From positions 14,690 through 78,689 of the IMG/VR virus record IMGVR_UViG_3300020037_003306: 64,000 nt of DNA. One strand, 5' to 3'. Under the pieces are notes generated by a model that saw nothing but the letters and a program-made list of their open reading frames with translations, was not told the origin of the DNA and searched no databases. How positions within the stretch are numbered: the first letter of the stretch is position 1; every line of letters starts with the position of its first letter. Positions 1 to 10,103 of the stretch are shown piece by piece. A program made the position numbers and the translations under genes. Source of the DNA: a virus. Lineage: Duplodnaviria > Caudoviricetes.

Positions 1-761
1 GTTGGGTTTGCAGCATATTGGCTGTAATTCGCAGCAGGAGCTTTAGTAATACGGTCTTTCTTTCCAAGTTGAAGAAGCGTAGGCTTACCGGCAACCCAAA
101 GTTCAAGGAAATTACCAAACTTAGGAAGTTGGTAATAATCACCTTTATTATCAAGCACTAATTTGATACGAACAACAACAGGAACAGCTTTACCATCTTT
201 AGTAGTTTGATAGATTGGTTTACCTGCACGACCAGTGTTAAATTGGTCAGCAACACGGTAAAAGAAAGCATACCAATCAACTCTAGCAGCGAGGTCTTCT
301 TCGTCTTCAGTTTCATTGATTTCTTCGGGAATCTCAATAGCGTTGAAATAATCATCAGTCATTGCACCTAATTGTGCTTTAGCGTGAGAACCAACTCCCA
401 TGAACGTATCCCAAATATGAGCAATAAAATCATTCTGCCAAGTAATTTGCTCTGCAACAGTGAATTTATCACTATCTTTAAGCAAACACCATTCAGTATG
501 ATAATGTTGACGTTCTTTTGCGCCATCAGCAAAGTGGAAAACAAGAACAGGTTTTGCACCATCATTCTCTGTTTTACGGAAACTAGCACTAACAGATACT
601 AATTGACCAATAGGGAACTTTTCAGTTTCCGTAGGTTGCAAAGGAACAACACTTGTTGATTTGGCTTCTGTAATAGCACCTCTTGTACTTTTACGTGTAG
701 TAGGCTTTACAGCTTCTTTTTCTTCTCCTTCTTTTTCAGGAAGATTATCTTTTTTTGCCAT
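1..761 (-). CDS. Partial CDS (runs off left edge), putative crAss-type single-stranded DNA-binding protein
   Basis: Hand translation from ATG at 761: MAKKDNLPEKEGEEKE...VRIKLVLDNKGDYYQLPKFGNFLELW...KAPAANYSQYAANP, no stop before base 1. Absent from the ORF track. The YxxLPKF/Y..F.E motif and position downstream of a RecT-like gene resemble crAss-like SSBs (inference). Confidence 0.5.
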   Translation of the reverse strand, partial: MAKKDNLPEKEGEEKEAVKPTTRKSTRGAITEAKSTSVVPLQPTETEKFPIGQLVSVSASFRKTENDGAKPVLVFHFADGAKERQHYHTEWCLLKDSDKFTVAEQITWQNDFIAHIWDTFMGVGSHAKAQLGAMTDDYFNAIEIPEEINETEDEEDLAARVDWYAFFYRVADQFNTGRAGKPIYQTTKDGKAVPVVVRIKLVLDNKGDYYQLPKFGNFLELWVAGKPTLLQLGKKDRITKAPAANYSQYAANP

Positions 762-794
762 GTTATTTTTAACAGTTTAAATTTTAAACAAATA

Positions 795-824
795 AAAGCC
801 TAGCATACAAGTACGCTAGGCTTT
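795..824 (-). terminator. Intrinsic terminator
   Basis: Perfect 10-bp stem AAAGCCTAGC/GCTAGGCTTT in the intergenic gap after the 849..1529 gene, with a T-rich tail on the minus strand. Confidence 0.75.
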
Positions 825-848
825 ATTTAATCGAGCAAGAATTTCAAA

Positions 849-1529
849 TTACGCTTCTACGTCGTCAGCTTTTACGTCGTCAGCTTTTTTGTTTTTACCT
901 TTACCTTTTCCTTTTGTAGGAACTTCTTCTTCAGACTCTTCATCGTCAGAAGCATCACCAGCATCACCTTTTGCACGAACTTTACGTTCAGGTTTTGGTT
1001 CAGTACTGATAAATTCCATGATAAACCAAACAACAGCTTTTTCTCCAGCAACTTCGCCTTCTTCTTCGTTGTCATTAACAAAGCATCCGTCTTCGTCAAG
1101 GTAGCCACTTTCAATAGCGGCTTCGTAAGAAACAAAATTACCGTCCTCATCATGAGTTACAACGTTTTTCTCTGCTTCAATGAGATAGTTAGTATTAGTT
1201 TCAGTAGTACCACCAATCTCACTCCAGATGTTTGCGTTATTAAACTGGAGAGTACCAGCTTTTTTCAAACTAGGTTGAGCAAGTTTAGAACCTTCGCCTT
1301 CAACAGTGCAAAGAGAAATACCGTAGATATGTTTGCCATTTTCGCCAACACCAATAGCAGCAATTTCGCATCTTTGACCAGCCCCTGAAAGGACTTGATT
1401 ATAGTTAGCGCCAATCATTTCAACGGCAATAGCATTAATACGAACAGTTCCTTCAGTAGGAGTTGTGGTAATAAGTGCATCAGATGTTTTAAGTTTTCTA
1501 ACACCTGCTAATTTTTTTACTAGTTTCAT
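849..1529 (-). CDS. Hypothetical protein with acidic/basic low-complexity C-terminus
   Basis: 226-aa ORF in the replication operon; C-tail DASDDEESEEE...KGKGKGKNKKADDVKADDVEA. Confidence 0.65.
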   Translation of the reverse strand: MKLVKKLAGVRKLKTSDALITTTPTEGTVRINAIAVEMIGANYNQVLSGAGQRCEIAAIGVGENGKHIYGISLCTVEGEGSKLAQPSLKKAGTLQFNNANIWSEIGGTTETNTNYLIEAEKNVVTHDEDGNFVSYEAAIESGYLDEDGCFVNDNEEEGEVAGEKAVVWFIMEFISTEPKPERKVRAKGDAGDASDDEESEEEVPTKGKGKGKNKKADDVKADDVEA

Positions 1530-1613
1530 AAATATTAAAATTGTAAGATTAAAAAAATAAATTTGTTCAGAAATAATAATAACAGTTTTTCAAGGTTTAG
1601 TTTCAAGGTTGTT

Positions 1614-2432
1614 TTACTCTTCATCCATAACTTCAGCATCAACCTCTTCTGCATCAGTCTTTTTAACCATTTTTCCTTTGTTAGTTTTAATAGTAATCTT
1701 ACCGTCAGCATCAGCTTCATAAGGTATATCATACGTATCGCAAAGGATACTCGTTTCACCCATACCAAGAAGAATGTCATCACCGATTTTATGTGCGCCA
1801 TCTGTAAATGCACGAGTATAAACCATAGCTCTTAGGAACTTTCCCCAAGTATCAGGTTTACTAGCAATCAGACCAGCAGTCATAGCTTCAGTAACTGCAA
1901 ATCGACCAGTAGCTTTCATTTTAACAAATTCACCATTAGGTTGTTTAACCCAACGAGTAAAAATGATAACTGTTCTACGGTCAATTTCCTTTTGACGAAT
2001 GACATTCAATTTAGTAGGATGATAATCGGCAGGTTCAGTTTTTAATCCAATTAAATGATACTCATCACGATTATTAACAAATTCATCGTGAGTAATATTA
2101 ATGCCACCTTTTGCAGCATATTCATAAACAGGAGCAAAATCTTCTGTAACCTCATAAGTAACTCCTGCTTTAAGCAATTGAGCAGCAATCAAATGTACTC
2201 CAGCACTAGCCCGACCTTGTATCGGATGTATATTTGCAAGAGCAAAAGTGATTGGAATTTTGAAATCTTTAGCAGCTTGAAGTACAATAAGAACATCGCC
2301 AGCTTGTTTGAATGGAACTAACTTAGAATCCATTTTAACAAGTTTAGTAGCAAGACTCATCATAGAATCAAAACCGCCTAAATTCTCATAACTCTTTTCC
2401 TCATTAAGCAAGGCTATCTCTTTTTTATCCAT
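1614..2432 (-). CDS. RecT/ERF/Rad52-like single-strand annealing protein
   Basis: 272 aa; segment VLIVLQAAKDFKIPITFALANIHPIQGRASAGVHLIAAQLLKAG and ...FLRAMVYTRAFTDGA match the pattern of phage RecT-like proteins; acidic tail. Confidence 0.7.
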   Translation of the reverse strand: MDKKEIALLNEEKSYENLGGFDSMMSLATKLVKMDSKLVPFKQAGDVLIVLQAAKDFKIPITFALANIHPIQGRASAGVHLIAAQLLKAGVTYEVTEDFAPVYEYAAKGGINITHDEFVNNRDEYHLIGLKTEPADYHPTKLNVIRQKEIDRRTVIIFTRWVKQPNGEFVKMKATGRFAVTEAMTAGLIASKPDTWGKFLRAMVYTRAFTDGAHKIGDDILLGMGETSILCDTYDIPYEADADGKITIKTNKGKMVKKTDAEEVDAEVMDEE

Positions 2433-2491
2433 GATATAAAGATAGTAAACTTTGTTTTAAAATTCTAACAAACTAACAATTATTTTCAGGA

Positions 2492-3655
2492 TTATTTTAT
2501 TATAAATTGTTGCTGTGTTGCTTGGTGTATTCTACCGTGAGCAAAATCCTCACGAAGAAAAATATCACCGGTAACACCATCACGATTTTTAATAATTGCA
2601 CCATGAATAAGATTATCAGTTCTTAGCTTATTCGGACCGTACTCTTTAATACCAAGAACAATAGGACGATGTGCAGCAATAACTGTATCACAAGCCCACC
2701 AAATCTGAGCACCAAGATGGATGTCTTTTTTAGTAGGATAATGACCAGATTTACTATTGATACGGTCATCAGCTTCAATATTCTGATTCATCTGATTAAC
2801 AAGAATTACAAGTGCATTCAAACGTTGCTTTAATTCAATAGCCATAAGTGCAATAGCTTTCTGCAATGATGCTTCATCACGCTCTTTCAAATAAAGAGAT
2901 AAAAGCGTATGGTCAAGACTAATACCAATTTTGCACGTAGGATTATCAGCAGCTATCTTATAGCAAGTTGCTTTCATTTGTTCAACATTACCAGATACAG
3001 GAACATAATATTCCTTACGACCTGCAAACGCATTAAGAACACTTTTTACTTCAGCAAACTCACTTTCATTTAGCCTACGATAATCATTGATTTTTGCATC
3101 GTATTCAGAACTCATAAGAAAACCATAACTAGTACCCATAACATTAGCAGCACTTCGGATAAGTTCAGACTCACCGTCCATCTCAAATCCAAAGTGAATC
3201 CAAACAACATCATGGATACAATTGCGGTTTAATCCTTGCCAAATAGTTTGACCATCATTATTGACAATAAGACCACTTTCAATGTATAACTGTCCAGCAC
3301 TCTCATAATCGGTCTTAGTGGGTAAACGATAAATACCATCAATTAATTCAAGGTCAATTACTTGATTACCATGATAGAAATTAGTTCTACCAAAATTTAC
3401 ATTTTGATGAGAAAGAAAATCATTTCGCAGCATATTAATAAGATAAGATTTACCACTACCTGACATACCAAAGAGCATAACAACTTTACCAAATCGGAAA
3501 TACTTAAGCATAGCACGATTGAGATTAGAAAACCTCGAAAGTACGCCAAATTGTTCAGTAGTTCTTTCATCAGATAGACGCTCAATAGCGCTAGTAATAA
3601 GGTCTTTAGTTTTAACATACCTAAGACCATCATAATCAGTTTTCTTAAAACTCAT
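2492..3655 (-). CDS. dnaB: DnaB-like (SF4) replicative helicase
   Basis: Walker A GMSGSGKS, FGFEM, Walker B ISLDH, LVNQMNQ, WACDTVI, KNRDG (arginine finger). Start placed at ATG 3655 (MSFKK) rather than 3670. Confidence 0.85.
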   Translation of the reverse strand: MSFKKTDYDGLRYVKTKDLITSAIERLSDERTTEQFGVLSRFSNLNRAMLKYFRFGKVVMLFGMSGSGKSYLINMLRNDFLSHQNVNFGRTNFYHGNQVIDLELIDGIYRLPTKTDYESAGQLYIESGLIVNNDGQTIWQGLNRNCIHDVVWIHFGFEMDGESELIRSAANVMGTSYGFLMSSEYDAKINDYRRLNESEFAEVKSVLNAFAGRKEYYVPVSGNVEQMKATCYKIAADNPTCKIGISLDHTLLSLYLKERDEASLQKAIALMAIELKQRLNALVILVNQMNQNIEADDRINSKSGHYPTKKDIHLGAQIWWACDTVIAAHRPIVLGIKEYGPNKLRTDNLIHGAIIKNRDGVTGDIFLREDFAHGRIHQATQQQFIIK

Positions 3656-4223
3656 GGATATCCCTAGCATTTGTTACAGGCGTATGAGAAGTCGCAGTCT
3701 TATCTCCAAGTCTAATAGGACGGATTTTAGACCAAAACTCACTACGAACATAATCAACAATTTTAATACTAATCATATTGTTGTCAATACCAAATTTAGT
3801 ATCAAGAATCACTTCTTCATGTTCGCTTTTCAATCCACCAATAATGTTAAAATATTGTCCTCTAAGTCCAGCTTTATCAGCTTTCATAAGCGGAGCATTT
3901 TTTCCATCAATCTTAACAAAAGCAGGGTACAAATCCCATAGTTCATTCCCGCAAGTATATTCATCAACATAGAAGTTGAGAAACTTAGGAGTAAGGAAAT
4001 AAGCATCGTGTTCAACAGAGTCATCTTTTTTCATATAACCCAATTCAATAACACGTTGCCTTTGTACATTCGTAAGTACGCCTTTTTCTTCTCTACGAAA
4101 AGTGTTCTTATACAATCGCATAAGACCTTTCTCATTGAGATACTTAAGGTGTAGTATTAAAAACTCATCGGCTGTCAACTGCATCTTTACCAGATGCGGT
4201 ATCAACCTCTTTACATCAATCAT
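3645..4223 (-). CDS. Hypothetical protein, possible replication initiator/helicase loader
   Basis: 192 aa, overlaps the dnaB start; ELWDLYP resembles the FxxFWxxYP motif of phage replisome organisers (inference). Confidence 0.4.
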   Translation of the reverse strand: MIDVKRLIPHLVKMQLTADEFLILHLKYLNEKGLMRLYKNTFRREEKGVLTNVQRQRVIELGYMKKDDSVEHDAYFLTPKFLNFYVDEYTCGNELWDLYPAFVKIDGKNAPLMKADKAGLRGQYFNIIGGLKSEHEEVILDTKFGIDNNMISIKIVDYVRSEFWSKIRPIRLGDKTATSHTPVTNARDIHEF

Positions 4224-4236
4224 AAGCAGTTATTTT

Positions 4237-5700
4237 TTAAATGTCATCAAAACTTTCTTCATTCCTCGGATTAAATTCTATTTTATCAACAGAATCTATC
4301 CAATGTATTTTATTACTACTCTTAGATTGAGCTTCACGAAGAGTGTCATAATCACTTGTACCTTTAACAAAAACGTTTACAATTAGCATTGTGCTATTAG
4401 GACGACTAGGAATAACCCTTTTGACACGTCCAGTACGTTGTGTTTGTTGATTAAAGTTACGTGTACGACTACTAATAATGCCAACCTCAATATCTTCGCA
4501 GTCAAAACCTTCATCAAGGGCTTTTGCGGTACTAAGTACTTTAACTAGTGAATTAATAAACTTTTCAGTAAAAACTTTCTTAAGAGTTTTCAAACCGAAT
4601 AACTTACGTTGTCCTGCTTTTGCAGAAGTTTTACCATAAGTCATCCAATTACCATTTTTATCTTTAAGTGGTTGTTTACTAATCTTGCTATGATAAACCA
4701 CACAAGAATCTTCTTTCTCTTTATTAAGAGTATTAAAGACTTTATCAGCAAACGTAATACTTTCACTAAAAGACATAATTTTATAGCCTTCAAATTTTCT
4801 AATCACAGCTAAAACTGCATTGAACTTACTATCACAAGTAGCAAGGAATTGATTTTTAGCATTAACACCTTTTAAAGCATTTTTAGCGTATCCCATTACT
4901 ACATTAGGATTCCACATACTATTAATTTCAAGTTGCTTATCTGTAAGAGTAGTCTTAGAGTAGGGGTCAACCCAACCATTTTGAATAGCCCACATTTTAG
5001 CAAATTGAAAAGCAGTAAAATGAGAATCACCACTTATGCATTTTTTGGCAGCATCGTAGCCATGTTTACCAAACATAGAAAGATTGGTATCCGTAAATTC
5101 ACATAGTTCATTATACCGTTTAATTTCTTTATCAGTAAGTTCAACACAAAGATTGTATTCAACGTATTTACTAATCCAGCCATTAGCGGTAGCATCTTGT
5201 TCTGTAATAATATCAACAGGCGGCGCAAAAGCTTGTAATTTCTCATGACGACCTTGAGGGTCAAGGAAAGTAGCTGTTAAACAAAGAAGATATTTACGAA
5301 GTATTTTAGTTCCATCAACATATTGAAACCAATCATCTCCATAGAATTTATGAACTTCATCAACAACTAATAATCCGCAAGTAGGTACAATCTTATTGTC
5401 CAAATAGTATTGAACAGTTTGAATGGTAATTTGTCCATGATGTCTAGCGTCAACAAATTGTTCAACTCGGTCTTTCCATTGCTTACGAAGTTCATCTCGA
5501 TGTACAAGAATAATTACAGTTTCATGTATGTTCTTATCAAGATAAGGTGTAACAGCAAAATTGAGAGTTGAATAAGTTTTACCCATAGCAGTAATCCACC
5601 AAAGAGTACCAATGCCATTGGCGGCACCATATTTAGAGCCATAACGCCAATGATTAATACCGATTCGTTGTCTATCTTCCTTTTTAACATCTACTTGCAT
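4237..5700 (-). CDS. Superfamily 2 helicase
   Basis: Motifs TAMGKT (I), VVDEVH (II), LTAT (III), ALDEGFD (V), QRTGRVKR (VI). Confidence 0.85.
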   Translation of the reverse strand: MQVDVKKEDRQRIGINHWRYGSKYGAANGIGTLWWITAMGKTYSTLNFAVTPYLDKNIHETVIILVHRDELRKQWKDRVEQFVDARHHGQITIQTVQYYLDNKIVPTCGLLVVDEVHKFYGDDWFQYVDGTKILRKYLLCLTATFLDPQGRHEKLQAFAPPVDIITEQDATANGWISKYVEYNLCVELTDKEIKRYNELCEFTDTNLSMFGKHGYDAAKKCISGDSHFTAFQFAKMWAIQNGWVDPYSKTTLTDKQLEINSMWNPNVVMGYAKNALKGVNAKNQFLATCDSKFNAVLAVIRKFEGYKIMSFSESITFADKVFNTLNKEKEDSCVVYHSKISKQPLKDKNGNWMTYGKTSAKAGQRKLFGLKTLKKVFTEKFINSLVKVLSTAKALDEGFDCEDIEVGIISSRTRNFNQQTQRTGRVKRVIPSRPNSTMLIVNVFVKGTSDYDTLREAQSKSSNKIHWIDSVDKIEFNPRNEESFDDI

Positions 5701-5701
5701 T

Positions 5702-6043
5702 TTACTTTGGTTTTGAGAATTGTGAAGCTATTTCCCATTTACGAGGAGGGTCGCCTTCAAAGTGGTACATAAGCGTTTTCTCACAAGCAGTTCCAAGATT
5801 GACAACTTTTGTATCATCAATTACTAAAGCTTTCTTTTCAGGATTAAGAGGTAAAGTCCAGTAATCTTTTGAATTAGGAGTTACAGTTAATCCAATTATC
5901 GTAATAGGAAGAACAGCCTCAGCAATAGATTTCTTAGTGACATCTTTTGTAGGAGTAACAATTAAAACATTAGGAAGATTATCAACTATTGCTTTAATGG
6001 CTTTAGGCATTGGAGAATCTCCAGTAATAATAACTTTTTTCAT
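5702..6043 (-). CDS. Hypothetical protein
   Basis: 113-aa ORF tightly packed between polA and the SF2 helicase. Confidence 0.6.
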   Translation of the reverse strand: MKKVIITGDSPMPKAIKAIVDNLPNVLIVTPTKDVTKKSIAEAVLPITIIGLTVTPNSKDYWTLPLNPEKKALVIDDTKVVNLGTACEKTLMYHFEGDPPRKWEIASQFSKPK

Positions 6044-6049
6044 AACATT

Positions 6050-8686
6050 TTATTTAGTCCATGTATCTCCAACATGAAAATCAGCTTTCATTTCAAACTT
6101 AGTAAGAAAGCGATTAGCACATTGAATCATAGACAGTTTAGCAAAATAACTAAATGAGCAGTCAACAGCAATAACGTTACCAGCTTTATCACAATGTACT
6201 TCAGTACAATGCAATTCATCATGATATTTATCATTGTAATCCGCTTTACTACGAGGTTTATCAAATTTAAAAAGACAAACTTTCCTTTTTTCACTGTTCC
6301 ATTCATCACTAATTCCGTCCATATATTTAGGAACACGATAAACAAGTTCGTCATGTATCTGTGCTAAAAGCACGCAATCCCATTTATTAGCACGAATAGC
6401 TTTAGCAATTTCAACCATCGCCTCTTTAAGGCAATCGGCTTGAGTACCGCTAATAGGAACATTACGGAGTTGTCCTTCATAATCTCTTTTAAACCTAAAA
6501 TCAATATCATATGATTCTCCTGTATTTTGAGCAGTCCATCCATAAAAACCATTATAAGTAACAACATCAGGTTGTAAGCCCTGTTTAATTGCATCTTCAT
6601 TAATAGATTTTCTAAGACGAATAATTTCAGGAAGCCAAATACGACTAAAACTTCTTTGGTTAAGAACGATAAAACCAGCAAGCATACCTTTTTTAACATT
6701 AGCTTCTACCATAGCATACGTTTTAGGAATAGCTTTTCTTTGTGCAAATAGAATAACTTTACCTTCTTCTTGTGTAACATTAACAGGTTCATAAGGTTCA
6801 CCAGTCTTAGCTAATTCAGAATCAGTATTGTTAAAAGTTTCTTGAGCTTTTTTATCCTTCATACCATACACACCGCCAAAAGTACCATTCTTACCTGCAA
6901 CACGAAACGGAGCATTAATTTTTTTTGTAACGATAAAAGTTTCAGATAAATCAAACCATTTTTTAACAGTTTTATTAGTAGATTCTTTAATCGCTTTCAA
7001 ACAAGCACTACTTTTGTGCCTATTTTTAAAAGACATAAAATCGCTCCATTGTTTAGCTGCAAGTCCAGCACGGAATAGGTAAATATGACGCCAAACATTC
7101 TGAGTCATAGGGCTATGACTATCGTCATTAACAACAGCCCATTGAAACAATTTATCATCTTGCGCCATATCACACATAAAGGTAACTTCAGCACCAGTCA
7201 AATCCCCAGTAAATATAGAATAATCTTTTCCGCCATGAAAACATTCTCTAAACTTTTTATCACGAGGGATATTTTGACTGTTATAACGCATAGCAATTTC
7301 AGGAGTTTTATTACCACCGCCAGACTGTAATCTTCCATTAACAGCTTCTACAAGTCTATAAATAGTATGCAAACGATTTGTTTTAGGATTAACTTTATCA
7401 AGGTAGTTTTGACCGAAGTTAGTAAGTTCAGTAGTAATTTTACTCAATTTAACAAGTAGTTCAACGAAACTTCTTATAGGCGAAGCAGGAAAATCAACAA
7501 GATACTTTTGCCATGCTTTTTGTCCAACAGTCCAACCTTCATTTTGAAGATTATATTTAGGTACATATTCAATAGTATTAGTACTAGGATTGATTCCTAC
7601 ATCTTTTCGCACTTTACCTTTTTTGCTAAGAACAGGAATAAGATATTGAAATTTAGTATAAGCTTCTCCTTGAAGCGGAGCGGGAAGTTTTAATGCAGCA
7701 AGAACAGTTAAAACAGTATCAGACGAAGCCCAATTGATATTGGCTTTTATGTCTTTACTATTATAACCTTTTGCTTTCATAAAGTCTTCTTTATTCATAG
7801 CTCCAAAGAGTCCTTCATACTTAATCTCTTCTTTAATGTTTCTAGGTCTATCCCAAATACCACCAAGTAGCAAATGCTCCTCGCCCGTACTAAATTGCTT
7901 TCGGAGTTTACGGAACTCAATATCAACAAGACAAGCAGCCTCATGTTGAAGCTTCTTATTAACGTTAATATTATCAAGCCATTTAGCTTGATTAAAATCA
8001 AACCCCGTAATCTCACATTCAGCAATAACACTAATCAATGGCATTTCAACATTATGAAGCCACCAATCAAGATTGTATCGTTTAGCAAGTATCATTTGCG
8101 CATTATAAATATCTTCAAGATACCTAACATCTCCCGCTGCATACAAAATATGTTTGTTGTTATAAACAGCATACTTAGGATGTTTAACAGTAGGGAAGTA
8201 TTCTCGAATACCTTTATCACTCGCAGGCGGAATAAAACCAAGATGTCTTTGCATTAAAGCAATAAGACCATAAAGAAAACCTTGAGGGTTCTCCTTACTC
8301 CTAACATTATTTTGGTAAAGCTTTCTATCAATCGTTTCAGTACAAATAAGATTAGTAGGAAAAGATTTAAAATGATACATACTAAAACCAACATCAAATT
8401 TGATTTTATGTCCTATATACGTTAAATCATCATAATCTTTAAGCCAATCCATACTTACAGTATAACAATCAACAACATACTGCATTTCAGCATCTCCAAG
8501 AATAAGAAGAAGCGGAGTATTAAGAATACAACATAAACCATTAGTTTCATAATCATAACCTACAACCCTTTTACTTCTTCTTTTTTCTTTAAGAAATGCG
8601 TGTAGTTTTTGCATACCAACAGCTTCGGTATAAATCAACCCAGCTGTAAACTCATGCTTATTGGAGTTTGTTATCAGGATTACCAT
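6050..8686 (-). CDS. polA: Family A DNA polymerase with 3'-5' exonuclease domain
   Basis: Exo I DYETNG, Exo III YAAGDV, NGRLQS...NSQNIPR, motif A DLTGAEV, motif B KNGTFGGVYG, RNVPISGTQAD, motif C QIHDELV. Start moved to ATG 8686 to limit overlap with the upstream gene. Confidence 0.92.
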   Translation of the reverse strand: MVILITNSNKHEFTAGLIYTEAVGMQKLHAFLKEKRRSKRVVGYDYETNGLCCILNTPLLLILGDAEMQYVVDCYTVSMDWLKDYDDLTYIGHKIKFDVGFSMYHFKSFPTNLICTETIDRKLYQNNVRSKENPQGFLYGLIALMQRHLGFIPPASDKGIREYFPTVKHPKYAVYNNKHILYAAGDVRYLEDIYNAQMILAKRYNLDWWLHNVEMPLISVIAECEITGFDFNQAKWLDNINVNKKLQHEAACLVDIEFRKLRKQFSTGEEHLLLGGIWDRPRNIKEEIKYEGLFGAMNKEDFMKAKGYNSKDIKANINWASSDTVLTVLAALKLPAPLQGEAYTKFQYLIPVLSKKGKVRKDVGINPSTNTIEYVPKYNLQNEGWTVGQKAWQKYLVDFPASPIRSFVELLVKLSKITTELTNFGQNYLDKVNPKTNRLHTIYRLVEAVNGRLQSGGGNKTPEIAMRYNSQNIPRDKKFRECFHGGKDYSIFTGDLTGAEVTFMCDMAQDDKLFQWAVVNDDSHSPMTQNVWRHIYLFRAGLAAKQWSDFMSFKNRHKSSACLKAIKESTNKTVKKWFDLSETFIVTKKINAPFRVAGKNGTFGGVYGMKDKKAQETFNNTDSELAKTGEPYEPVNVTQEEGKVILFAQRKAIPKTYAMVEANVKKGMLAGFIVLNQRSFSRIWLPEIIRLRKSINEDAIKQGLQPDVVTYNGFYGWTAQNTGESYDIDFRFKRDYEGQLRNVPISGTQADCLKEAMVEIAKAIRANKWDCVLLAQIHDELVYRVPKYMDGISDEWNSEKRKVCLFKFDKPRSKADYNDKYHDELHCTEVHCDKAGNVIAVDCSFSYFAKLSMIQCANRFLTKFEMKADFHVGDTWTK

Positions 8687-9245
8687 CAATTCTACGGTTG
8701 TAAACTTTATTAAACTTTTTGAGATAGGGAAGCGTACTTTCTTTATGAACTTGGTTGATACTTCCATTATGCATTCTAGCTAATTCTTGAAGAGTAGGTA
8801 CACGCCCAAACTTCTTTTTAAAGTTATAAGCGTGAATGCCACTAACAGCCCAAAATACATGGTAAGCTTTGTCAGCATCAAACATCTCTTCATACTCGTA
8901 TTGTAATGCTTGAGTAAGAGGAGTGTCAAAGTAACAATGATGCATACCAAATATCCCAATCGCTCTACCGCCATCGCCAACAATCTTTCCAACTTCTTTT
9001 CCTCGTTTAATAGTGCTATAAGCACCACATTCAAGTTCAATAATAGTTTTCATAAATTGAGAATCGGCAGTATCACGGTAAACAACTTGAATAACAGTGT
9101 CAGTACGAGTTTCAACTTTAGTAGTAAATCCGCTAGTCGCAGTCTTATAGCCAAGAGCAAAAGTATATCCAATGATAAACCACATGAAAAGGAATACCAA
9201 GAGGAAAAATACTGTTTCTAAGAAATCTTTTATTAGTTGTTTCAT
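8658..9245 (-). CDS. Membrane-anchored lytic transglycosylase / i-type-lysozyme-like protein
   Basis: Start at ATG 9245 (MKQLIKD). N-terminal TM (TVFFLLVFLFMWFIIGYTFALG), then IIELEC...GDGGRAIGIFGMH...LARMHNG...STLPYLKKF, matching the lysozyme-like pattern IxxVES..GDxGxAxGxLQIH..ARxxNGG..STxxY. Confidence 0.65.
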   Translation of the reverse strand: MKQLIKDFLETVFFLLVFLFMWFIIGYTFALGYKTATSGFTTKVETRTDTVIQVVYRDTADSQFMKTIIELECGAYSTIKRGKEVGKIVGDGGRAIGIFGMHHCYFDTPLTQALQYEYEEMFDADKAYHVFWAVSGIHAYNFKKKFGRVPTLQELARMHNGSINQVHKESTLPYLKKFNKVYNRRIDGNPDNKLQ

Positions 9246-9246
9246 A

Positions 9247-9681
9247 TTATGGAAGTTCAAAAGTAACACGGGTTTCCTCAATATTGAGATACTTATTAGC
9301 ATTAACGAATTGCTCGATAGCAATACATTTTTCGCTTTTATTAAAAACAAACTCAAAGCGTCCCCATTTGTTTTTCAAATTGATAATAGTATTAGTACCA
9401 TCACCAAAAATCCCATCAAGAGAAAGCAAACCATCTTTTTCACCGTCAATAGAAAGACTAAAAAGATTAGTAATATTTTGAACTCGTTTGAACACGTAAG
9501 TAATATTAGGTCGTTTCGGAGTATCAAAATGAATTTTAATCTCTTTTTGACCAGCAAGAAAAAGTGCGTAATCAGTATTAGGACATTTAATTGACGTATT
9601 AACATCGTCATTAAAATAACCAATACAAATGATAGCAAGAATACCGATAACAATAGATAATCCAATTTTAAGATTTTCCAT
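9247..9681 (-). CDS. Hypothetical protein with N-terminal TM/signal anchor
   Basis: 144 aa, begins MENLKIGLSIVIGILAIICIGYF. Confidence 0.6.
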   Translation of the reverse strand: MENLKIGLSIVIGILAIICIGYFNDDVNTSIKCPNTDYALFLAGQKEIKIHFDTPKRPNITYVFKRVQNITNLFSLSIDGEKDGLLSLDGIFGDGTNTIINLKNKWGRFEFVFNKSEKCIAIEQFVNANKYLNIEETRVTFELP

Positions 9682-9711
9682 AATTTTATAAGTTTTTAAA
9701 AGATGAACAAA

Positions 9712-10095
9712 TTAATTTAAACTGTAAAGAGAAGGCATACTATAAAAAGCTACACGGTGCTTTTCATGTGCAGGCAAATCCTCAGCAAATTGTCGAGGGT
9801 CATAATCTCTACGATGCTTTTTAAGAAATTTCTTACCAATCTTTTGCTCAAGTTCTAAAAATTCTGTCAATGTATCGCCATCAGCAGCGAAAACATTAAA
9901 TAGAATTGGAAATAGACAAAGAGGTTTAGTAAAAGTAACTCCATAAGGGTTCACATCAGTAACATGGTCTTTGCTACTAGTAAGGTGCAAAATATGAATA
10001 CAAGTATGTCCAGCAACACTCGCATTAAATTCAGGAGCGAAGTATTGAGGAGCAGGCATAGCCGCAGGGATACCAAATAATCTTTTAGAAGCCAT
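9712..10095 (-). CDS. Hypothetical protein
   Basis: Start placed at ATG 10095 (MASKRLF), 8 nt after the helicase stop; 127 aa. Confidence 0.55.
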   Translation of the reverse strand: MASKRLFGIPAAMPAPQYFAPEFNASVAGHTCIHILHLTSSKDHVTDVNPYGVTFTKPLCLFPILFNVFAADGDTLTEFLELEQKIGKKFLKKHRRDYDPRQFAEDLPAHEKHRVAFYSMPSLYSLN

Positions 10096-10103
10096 TTTAT
10101 CAA

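Noticed and set aside
858-887. 15-bp tandem repeat TACGTCGTCAGCTTT
   Set aside because: Simply encodes the KADDV duplication in a disordered C-terminal tail.
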